NCBI RefSeq assembly: GCF_009914755.1
Contig: NC_060937.1
Origin: the human T2T-CHM13v2.0 reference genome, Homo sapiens
Strand: one strand, 5' to 3'
DNA length: 64,000 nucleotides
In this document: in pieces, positions 14,893 to 25,068 of the stretch
How positions within the stretch are numbered: the first letter of the stretch is position 1
Layout of the letters: every line of letters begins with the position of its first letter
Notes under the pieces: generated by a model
Told to the model about the DNA's origin: nothing
The model's input: the letters and a program-made list of their open reading frames with translations, nothing else
The model's database searches: none
Position numbers and translations under genes: made by a program

Positions 14893-15543
14893 TACTAGTT
14901 TCTATTGTTGCATAACAAATTACATCAAACAATGACTTAAAGCATCGTACCTTTATTATGTCACTGTTTCTATAGGTCAGGGGTCAGAGCAGAGCACAGT
15001 TTAGCTGGAGCCTCTGCTCAGCATCTCACAAGGCTGCAAGTAAAGCATCAGCTAGATGTGTTCTCATCAGGAGGCTTGACTGGTGAAGAACCCACTTTCA
15101 AGCTTATCTGGGTTGTTGGCACAATTTATTCCTTATGGTTGTGGGACTGATGGTCCCTGCTTCTGCTGTCTAGGCAGCTTGAGTCCAAGAGGCTGCCTGC
15201 AGTTCAAAGGGGGCTGTCTGCAATTCCTTCCTCATGGGCTTCTCCATCATGGCCACTTACTTCACTGAGCCCAAAAGGAGAATCTCACACCTGTGGGAAA
15301 GCCTAGTCCATCTTGTAAGGGCTTTTCTTGACTCAGGCCCACCCAGGATGACTTCCCATTGGATTAACTCAAAATCAACTGATTTGAGACTATAAATAGA
15401 TCTTCAGTGTTACTTCATCTTTGCAATATTTACTGACTACAAGCAAGTCACAGGTCCTCCCCACATGTGAGGAAAGGAGATTACACAGGAGTGAACACCA
15501 GGGCTGGGAACAATGGGGATTAGCCTAGAGTTCATCCTTCACA
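14893..15543 (-). mobile_element. MLT1E/F-type solo LTR (MaLR)
   Basis: tagtttctattgttgcataacaaattac...tcaggcccacccaggat...gattaactcaaaatcaactgatttg...gattacacaggagtgaacaccagg. Confidence 0.8.
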
Positions 15544-16795
15544 GAAAAGGACATACAAATGCCTCTCAACCTGAAGCCATTTTCCCCTTTCAGATTATCA
15601 TAAAGTAAAAAGTGCTGACAATGATTTGAGGCAGCAAGTACTCTTATAAACTATCAGTGTAGTATACATGGACACTTTCATTATGAAAGGGGATTGACAG
15701 CATCTACTAAAATTCAATATGCACATCCTATTTAGGCTACAAATTCCATTTCTTGATTTCAATCCTGAAAATATATGAACATTAGGATAGATGTGCAGAA
15801 ATGTTCAAAGCAACATTATCATAAAAATAAAATTTGGAGAAAACCCAAAACATCCAAAGTAGAAAGAGAATTAAATAACTTGCAATGCATTTGCACTTTG
15901 AAGTATGCAACTGTTAAAAATGAATGAGAAAGAACTTTATGTACTCATATAGAAGGAGCTTAATATGTTATTGATAAAAAAATTTAAAAGTTGTAGAACA
16001 ATGGCATATTATAATACTATTTAAATTGTGCATATACATCTGCCTATGCATTTATCCATCTACACACTCATGTTTTAATACAGTCCAGATTGCTACAGTC
16101 CAGCCTGCTAAAAAATTTTTATTAGTAGAATATTTACAACACACAGTGCTATTTGCATATTTTATATAATTTTTAGTTTTTAAAAGTTTTTTTGCATAAT
16201 TTATATAACTAAGTATGTTTGTTTATTCATTAATATATTCCATCAAATTAAGACATTTTTCTTTCTTTTCTAGATTACTTTTTTATCACGTAGATATTAT
16301 ATTATAATTCAGATATCCTTGTGGCCACTAATTCCACTTCTTAACATAACTCCTATAGAAAGATGTGCGCTAGAATATATGTAAAAAAAGTTTAATATTA
16401 CATTATCATATTCAACAAAATTAAGAGAATCCCCAAATAGTCACCAATAGAGAGGATTAAATAAATTGTGGTACATGGATACTATGAAATGTGCAGTCAT
16501 TAAAAAGGAGGAATCTTTCTGTATTTATGATTATGATGTTGTTCTTTCAATAAACCGCTACCTACATTTGCTAATAGTTTTTTTTTTTTTTGCATCTTTG
16601 AATCTTATACAAACATTTGCATCTTATACATACTTTTTTTGCATCTTTGCGTCTTATACATAAGTGAAATTATATGTTTTTTCACTGCTGTTATTAGATA
16701 TTAGTACTAGGGTTAATCTAAACTAATTGAAAGGGTATCTACCTTTTCATCATTTTCCCACAGTTTTGTGTTTCAATACACTATATGAGAATTAC

Positions 16796-16884
16796 CTTTT
16801 CCTTTTAAAGTATGAAATAAATGGCTTAAAATCCTTATGGGTCTGAGTGGTTTTGATCCCTTTTAATTGCCTTTTCAACTTCTT
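16796..16884 (-). other. Candidate 89-nt internal exon (unverified)
   Basis: Minus strand ctctttattccccactacttcag|AAGAAG...GAAAAG|gtaatt; alternative donor AAG|gtaaga about 53 nt downstream. Confidence 0.28.
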
Positions 16885-17403
16885 CTGAAGTAGTGGGGAA
16901 TAAAGAGAGCACACTGGAGAAGGTAAATGAAAAGTTTTGATTTTGGATGATGCCTCATTCTGTAAAAGCCTCAAGGTGAAAGGAACAGTCTAAGATCAAA
17001 CTAAGATCGCAGACAATTTTCATGCAGAGAGCACATTGGAATCAATGAACAGAGGAACATTGGAAGGTGGAACCTCAGGAAGGTGAAGAAGTGTCCTGCA
17101 ATTTGGACAATGCTCAGGGACCCTGGATAAATGAAGTCATGGATGGAGTTAGCTAATCTCAGCACTCTTAAACTTAACTTGAAATTACTTTGCTTTGGTA
17201 TTAAAATTACTTGAGCCAGTGTTTAGGAGAATTCTGCCTTATTCAATAGATTAGAAGAAAAATATCTGGGACAAAACCTCATGGTTTCAAAGAAGCAGTG
17301 ACTGTGCCTCAAATTCTACCCATCCTTTGGGGACTGTCCTATAGTTAATTTCCCCCAAAAGCCATCTCACCTACTTTACTTTCCCTTAAGATTAATAGCT
17401 CTT

Positions 17404-17718
<315 letters not shown>

Positions 17719-17769
17719 ATTAGTAGCTCTTAGTAACACACAGTTGAACAATAATAACATGCATTAAAA

Positions 17770-18635
17770 AATGTTTTATTATTCTGGAGAAAGTTGCAAA
17801 GATAGTTCAGAAAGTACATTTATACTTTCTCCCACTCCCCGACAATGTTAATTAGGGGTATGTTTGTCACAACTAAAAATTTAACACTAGTATAGTACCA
17901 TTAATTAGACTACAGACTAGATTCTGATTTCAGTAGTTTTTCCATTAATATTTTCTCTGTTTTAAGATCCAACTCAGGTTACCAAGTTGCAATGAGTTGT
18001 CACGTCTCTTTAGCTCCCTCTAGTCTGTAACAGTTTCTCCATCCCTCTTGATATTTATGATCTTGAGAGTCTTAAAGAGTATTGACCAGTAGAAGTGTAA
18101 TGGGCAAAGAGTTAAAATAGAATTTTTTTTCTTAAAAAAAGTATTTCTTAAAAAAAGAGTATTGCCCGGGTATTTTGTAGAATATTCTTCAATTTGTGTT
18201 TCTCTGGTGTTTTCTCACATTACAGGAGAATTATAGAAAGAATAATTTTCATACCTTTTACCCAGAGGTAAGGTGTTCTCTCATAAGATAGATACCAGGG
18301 GGCACATGATATCAACATGACTTATCACTAGTAATATAAACCTTGGTCACTTGGTTAAGATGGTATCTTCCAGGAATCTTCATTATAAGATTTACATTTT
18401 ATCAATTCTATCCTCTATTCTTCGGAATCCAATCACTAAGTTCAGCCTACACTCAAAGGGAGAGAAATGAAGATCTACCTCCTGGAAATGGAAGTAGTTT
18501 TTCTATACAGGAGACTTTTTTCTTTCCTCCCATTGAGTTATTTATTCAATCACTTATTTATATAAGTATGGTCTCAGGGATACTTTATTCTTTAGATTAT
18601 AATCAAATTCTGTTGTTTTGTTGCTCAAAGTTAAC
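17770..18635 (-). mobile_element. L1MC-type 3'UTR
   Basis: gaaagttgcaaagatagt...actacagact...agttgtcacgtctctttag...tattttgtagaatattcttcaatttg...atcaacatgacttatcact. Confidence 0.75.
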
Positions 18636-18639
18636 ATTC

Positions 18640-18915
18640 TTGTTTTGTTTTGTAAACAGAATCTCACTCCGTTGTTCAGGCTAGAGCACAGTGGCACGAT
18701 CATGGCTCACAGCAGCCTCTGCATCCCGGGTTCAGGTGATCCCTCCACTTTAGCCACCCTAGGCTAATTTTTTTTTTTTTTTTTTGGTATTTTTTTGTAG
18801 AGATGGGGTTTTGCCGCATTGCTCAGAGTCGTCTTGAATTCTTGGGCTCAAGCAATCTGTCTGCCTTGGCCTCCTAAAGTCCTGGCATTATAGGTGTGAG
18901 CCATTATGTCTGGCC
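18640..18915 (-). mobile_element. AluJ with an internal deletion of about 35 bp
   Basis: J-type gatcatggctcac and gggctcaagcaatc. TSD aaagttaacattc at 18627-18639 and 18916-18928. Confidence 0.9.
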
Positions 18916-18949
18916 AAAGTTAACATTCCTGTAACCTCCATCCTAAGAA

Positions 18950-19090
18950 AGTTTCTACCCTCCCTCTATCAAATTGTAAACCCCTGAATCTAGGCACATG
19001 CTATGTAGAATTTCTTTGTTTTCCTCAATAGCATCCAGCAAAGATCACTGAATATAATAAATGTTTGTTAAATACCTGTTGGTAGATGAT
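18950..19090 (+). mobile_element. L2 3' tail
   Basis: attgtaaacccctga...tagcatccagca...ataataaatgtttgttaaat. Confidence 0.45.
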
Positions 19091-20424
19091 AAGTAGAGAG
19101 ATCATATATAGACAGATGTGTCTTTCTACCACAGGTTAATCTATATAAAAACCATTTCAGCCAGGTAATTTCCTGTTCCAGTTTTCCAGGTCTCAAGGCA
19201 AAAGAAAAAAAAAAGATGTTTGAGAAATGGAGGGGAATATGAGCACACTTAAGGAAAAAGATAGTCTTAAGACAATTCTCAGAGGTAAAGAGTTGTTTAT
19301 ACCAACTTTTCTCGTTCTTCAATATCACATCTGTGACTCTCTGGCCTTTCCCATAAAACTGCTTATTTACAAAAAGTCACATATTTTAGAAAATCAAAAC
19401 CCTAAAGATTAATTTGTATACTATCTTAAAATTTTAAAAAATAACATTTACCCAACATAAAAAGGAAATACTGCAAATTTTAATTACCCTAATTTTTAAA
19501 ACTTATTATTGCAATAATCAATTTCAAAGCTGCATATACTAATGAGATAAACACACTATTCTGCTACTTGAAATTCTTGACCCTAGTGTACTAAAGATGT
19601 GAGACTGTCTAATTGGAATTCACCCTATCATGTACTATTACATTTATTAGCCAAGGGATGCGTTTGTAGATTCCTTTCTGTGACCAAAATGCCAAGTGCT
19701 CAAAGGCCAAGTCTAAACAGTCAAAATGAAGCACAATATCAAGTAATTACATAACAAATTCAGACAGTGTATATAATAATTACTGAGACCAAAACATTAA
19801 TCCTTAGCTCTTGGACATTTGAGCTATCTATTTAAGTACTGGGCCAGCTCCATACAGAAATAATGTTAAGTTAAAAGTATTTATTAAGACAAATTTTAAC
19901 AGGATTGATTGCTATTTATTCCAATTAAGAAAACAGAAGCTAAGGTTGTAGAAGTAACCATTATATTATGATTAGAAATAGAAAATAACTATAAGAGGGA
20001 CAATTCCAGAACCTTAAACTAGGTGGGCAACAGAGTTGGAAGAATGTGGTGGTGGTGGGTGGGTGGGGAGCTCATCAGTAAAGAAAGTCTGCTTTTCTTT
20101 TTATTTCACATGTGAAATCATCAGATTTGACAAGCTACTAGTCAAAGAAGGGCTTAATTTTCTAATACATCTTGAAATAGGATCTCTACTATTTTTTGCA
20201 CAGGGCCAAAGCTGAAGTATACATGTTGTACATTGACAGCTTCCATAAATACTATTTTCTCTTTGCTTACTTCAGGAAACATACCACCTGATTCCTAATT
20301 AACACAATGATGCACATCAAATGAAAGCCCTTGCTTTTTTGTTTCACTGTCATCCATCCATAGTGTTCCCAGACAGGGAAACATTTAAAGCAGCATCAGA
20401 CAAGTATGAGTATTGGAAAGAAAA

Positions 20425-20491
20425 ACTACACATACACACACACCCCACACACCCCACATGAGAGAGAGAGAGAAATATATATAGAGAGAGA
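20425..20491. repeat. Compound (CA)n/(GA)n/(TA)n low-complexity tract
   Basis: acacatacacacacaccccacacaccccacatgagagagagagagaaatatatatagagagag. Confidence 0.8.
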
Positions 20492-21779
20492 ACGAACCAC
20501 TATTGTTCTCTCTTTTGCAAGTGTGTAGGTATTCTACATGGAGCAGGGAAAAAGTACTACGACTTCTTACATTTCTAGCACTCACACTTCTGACTCCTCT
20601 GTTTGCAGTAATTTCAAAACAGTTTCATTCAGCAACTGAGTAACATCAGAGGAGAAACCTCAGTCTTGGCAGGAAACACTTGCTCTTTGCCTCAGAAAGC
20701 CTCTGGGATGAAAGAGGTCCTGTATGCTGGTGTTTGAAATTCTAGTTCATTCCGGTGAGCAATATAAATAAAATTATTTGTTTAGGAAAGCAGAGTAGGG
20801 GCAGCAAAGTCAGATACCAGGAGTGCCTGGCTCCTTACCAATTACCCAGCTCCCCTGCACTCTTGTAACAGTGATCCAGGAGGGTGCCATCTCTTTTGAG
20901 ACCATGCTTCTCTGTCCCATTTCCATTGCTTCTGAAGCCCTCTATTTAAAAGTGTTCTTTAGAAATGCAAAGAGAAAATCTGATTATTGTTGTTTACAAA
21001 TACTAATGTGGCACATCTTCTTCTGAAAATGACTTCATCAAAATTGATTTAGGTCAGAGTTATTTCATGATCAATTAATGAAGGTTAATTAAGAAAGGTA
21101 AGGCTGGTTAGAATGTGTTTTGTCCATATTTATCCAGTGCTTAAATTGAACAGGAGCCATTGGAAGTACAGATGTTATATTCCTTTTCATATTTCCAATT
21201 ACTACCTAGCAATGACCAAACTTTTCTCTACCCCGGTATTCCACTGCTATTACTACTACACATTTATAATAGGTAAACACTTTATCTTGCAATATTTGAG
21301 GTTTTATTTAAATGGAAATCAATTTTTCTTTTGGCATAAAGGCACATAATATGGGTTAAAGTTATAATTATTAACCTTGAAATATATAGTGCCCTATAGT
21401 TCAGAATCTGAAATTCTGAAGGTATTGGAAGGATTATTTGGAAACAGACTTTAGATTTTTAGACTTGCATAAGAAAAGGTAGAAGAAATTTAATATTTAT
21501 ATTTCACTAAAAGATTTAGAGCTTTTTTTTTCAAAGTTTAAGATATTGTCAATAATATTACACTGGAAATTGTGCAAATATGAAAGCATATTAAAAGATC
21601 TAATGATAGGAGATCAGAGAAAGACTTAAAATCTATTTGATATTTAGATGATTTAACTAAAGGGAACAAAAATATGTATATAAATATGCTGAATGTCTTT
21701 GGACATGGAAAAGTACAATTACAACTAATGACAGGGGGCATATTTCACCAAAAGTGGCTAGATATTCCCTCTGTTGGGG

Positions 21780-22080
21780 AATATCATGCTACATTGACAG
21801 CAGCCAAGAAATAAACAAAAATGAGTAGGTGGACCCATGACAAGCCATGGACAGCAAGTCCTTAAAGGCCTCAGCCCCTGCTCAGCTCCAGCCAATTAAG
21901 CATAATGGGATAGCAGTGCAGTGTTGCTATTGCTATTAGTTTCTGAAGTATAAAATTTAGATTTTTATACACTCATTTGTTTTTTTAAACACTGAAAATT
22001 CTCTTTTTTTCCCAAAAATTTGCCAGCCAAAAGAAACAAGATTGGATTAGGCCCCCAGGAAGCCAGCTTACCTCTCACAT
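21780..22080 (+). mobile_element. MER102-like hAT-Charlie MITE
   Basis: cctgctcagctccagccaatt...cagtgttgc...agatttttat...gccaaaagaaaca...ggattaggccc. Confidence 0.55.
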
Positions 22081-24029
22081 TTAAAAGGATCCTAGAGGAT
22101 AATGCTGGGTAGACAATCAAATGTCACTCATTGAGTACAATGGTACAGTCAGTTCATGGAGGGTACAAATGCAACCTTCAAGGATGCTCCAATTAAAATT
22201 ACTGATCAGCTCTTCATGCGCTATATCTAAATCTTTATAGCAATAATGAATTTACAGTTTCACATTAATATATATGATGATGATGAAGTCTGCTTTTATG
22301 AGCCATTTTTCTTCCTATGGAGAAATGGAAGAGTAATTTACTGTGTTTGGCCAGGACTTCCCAAACTTAGTACCAGGCAACGCCTGATAGAAACTTGGAT
22401 CACAGGGGGCACACAAATGTCATAGGCTCTAGGGCTGAACCAAACAAGGTTCTTTCTTGTTCTATGATTCCAAAAGATTCTCTGTTTGAGAGAAAAGGGC
22501 AAGATTAGGCTTCAGAGAAAAGAGCCCGTGGTTCCAGAGTAAGGAATCAAGCAGTTTATCAGTCTTTCAAGCAAGAGAAAAGTATACCTCACAGATATAG
22601 AATGGTCAACCAATAGAAAAACTAAGATGGAACAAGGTATAGCATTAAAGAGGAAATCTCTGAAGGTCTCAATACCACTTATACACTACAGTATCCTTTT
22701 TACAGATAACGTGTATCAATCCCATAGAGGAGAAAGGGAAATATTAAAGGAATACAAAGGGACCAGACAAGGTTAGATCTGGGAAAGTCCTGGAACTCCA
22801 TGGAAGTATAATTATGCACCAGCAGATGATTAAATACAAGTATGAAACGTGCAGGAATTTGGATGCTGCTCTATGTTTGATATAATATAAAATATTTGTA
22901 TTTATATTTCAAAAATACTTGAACCCACTTGCAGGTAGATATAAGTTATAGCTCTATGTTGCTCCAAGGTGGTGTTTATGCCTATCATTTTAAGGCTTTA
23001 CAATTGAATAACACTTTAAAGATATAAAGAAAAACTTTTTTGGCAAAAAGGTAAGGGTAAAACTAGGAGTAGAAAATTCATTCTTCAATGACAATTAGGT
23101 GAGCCAATAGGAAAACCTCCCCCAAAAAGGACAAGATGAAGACTCCCCCAAGTCCCATAACATTCAGTATATTTTCTTGAAAAGGCCATTAACACAGGTC
23201 TAAATCAAAGTGAGTGGCATGTATGATATTCCCCCAGTGTCATCATAATCTTAGCACAGTCTTATAAATCAATGAAGCAACACACTCATATAAACAGTGT
23301 AAAACCACAGCATAAAACTGTGTACTGCATGTGATAAGGCCACTACCTCTTTAGAATCTAAGTTGATTTTTTTAAGGGATCTCTACAGGGTCATGAAATC
23401 CATTTTTTGCCTCATGTAAGCACTGATTAGTCTTCCAATCTCCATCCTGCCCTCATTTTTGTTCTTTGCTTCACATTGAGCAGTTACACCCTGTCTGGGC
23501 AGGATGTTCTTTGGCTTAATTCCAAACCCATTTCACAATATGAGACTCCAGGAAACCTTTAGTATCAGTGACTTCTACTCAGGTATAAAAGCTCTTTAAA
23601 GTCTACCAAAAATCATAGAATTCATGCCCATATGAAATGTTTTATAGATGATCATTTCATTTCAAAATGGCAGAGTGAATTAGAAATAGAACTGTGGTTA
23701 TACCTCTTAGCCCTACTTAAAATATCGGCATATCTATAATCTTCTTTAAAGGTAACTGTAGCTTTTTCTAATCTAAAACTTTAAGCATACTTATCCTTCA
23801 TGCTTATAAAATTCACTGCCATCAGATACACTTGCTTTATATTATTTATGTTAACTTTAAGGTTTTTTCACTTTTTTTACATTTTAAGGAATTGTTTCCT
23901 TTGTACATTTATTCAAATGAGTTCTTAGGGGTCAAGTATAATGCCAATTTATTCTAGCCACATAATATCACTTTGAAAGCAGACAGGAGAAAACCTGTGA
24001 GTAAATAACTATTTTTTAATACAGAAACT

Positions 24030-24140
24030 CTTTTTTTCTTTTTTTTTGAGACGGAGTCTCGCTCTGTCGCCCAGGCTGTAGTACAGTGGCGCAATCTCGG
24101 CTCACTGCAAGTTCCGCCTCCCGGGTTCACGCCATTCTCC
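24030..24140 (-). mobile_element. 5'-truncated young AluY (about 110 bp of right arm and tail)
   Basis: gagacggagtctcgctctgtcgcccaggc...gggttcacgccattctcc with CpGs intact. TSD ttaatacagaaact (24016-24029) / ttaatacaaaaact (24141-24154). Confidence 0.93.
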
Positions 24141-24175
24141 TTAATACAAAAACTTTTTTACAGAAAATACAGAAC

Positions 24176-24520
24176 TGTCATGTATTGAATCACATCCATT
24201 CAAAATTCAAATATTGAAATGCTAAACCCCAGTGCCCCAAAATGTGGCCTTATTTGGAGATAGGATCTTTACAGAAGTAATCGAATTTAAGTGAGGCCGT
24301 TAGGGTGGGCTTGATGTAACGTGACTGGTGTCTTCATAATCACAAAAAGGGGAAACTTAGACACAGATACATATAGAAGGAAGAAGATGTGAAGAGGCAT
24401 AAAAAGCATATTAATATCTATAAGCTAAATAGAAAGGCCCACAGCAGATCCTTCTCACAGCCTCAAAAGGAACCAACCCTACTGACATCTTGATTTTGGA
24501 CTTCTAGACTTCAGAACTGT
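24176..24520 (+). mobile_element. MLT1B-like LTR, 3' end missing
   Basis: caaaattcaaatattgaa...ttatttggagataggatctttac...aaggaaccaaccctactgacatcttgattttggacttctagacttcagaactgtg. Confidence 0.85.
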
Positions 24521-24819
24521 GGATCTGAGTAAGGAAGATTACCCTCCGTAATGTGAGTGGCTTTCACCCAATCAACTGAAGATCTTAATAGAACAAAGAG
24601 TGATCTCCCCTAAGGAACAAGGGATTTTGACAGCAGACTGTCTTTGTACTTGAAGTGCATCTCTTCCCTGAGTTTCCAGCCTGCTGTCCTACCCCATCAG
24701 ATTTTGGACTCACCAAGCTTCTACAATTCCATGTGCCAATTATTTAAAATCAATATTTCTCCCTCCCTCTCTCAACACACATATCCTATTGATTCTGTTT
24801 CTCTAGAGACCCTAATACA
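24521..24819 (+). mobile_element. MLT2D-like (ERVL) LTR, 5' end missing
   Basis: ctgagtaaggaagattaccctccgtaatgtgagtgg...cagattttggactcacca...tatcctattgattctgtttctctagagaccctaataca. Confidence 0.82.
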
Positions 24820-24839
24820 TTAAGCACCTACTATAAATG

Positions 24840-25068
24840 ATAATATATTTAACATTTGTGATGCTAACAATAAGCCAAGAAATTCATTGGGCACTTAACA
24901 TAGGTTATTTCAGTAGAGACTAATACAATCTTGATGTCGACACTGTTATTTTCCAAAATTTACATGAGGAAACTGAGGCACAGAAAGGTCAAGTAACTTG
25001 CCCAAGTTACTGAGCTAGAGATTCTGCCATGCTGAAATAGAACACAGGCCCTTAGCTACTGTGCTATA
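24840..25068 (-). mobile_element. MIR SINE, flanked by L2-tail remnants
   Basis: tttacatgaggaaactgaggcacagaaaggtcaagtaacttgcccaag. Confidence 0.85.

Larger units (their letters stand above)
14350..16520 (+). mobile_element. Fragmented L1ME-type 3' region, interrupted by an Alu and an MLT1
   Basis: catccctgtctcactcatatacaaaataaac; aaatactagaagaaaat; aattccatttcttgatttcaatcc; second similar piece taaataaattgtggtacatggatactatgaaat at 16310-16520. Confidence 0.6.

Noticed and set aside
21761-21785. Perfect 9-bp inverted repeat gatattccc/gggaatatc
   Set aside because: A few such stems are expected by chance in 64 kb; no supporting context.
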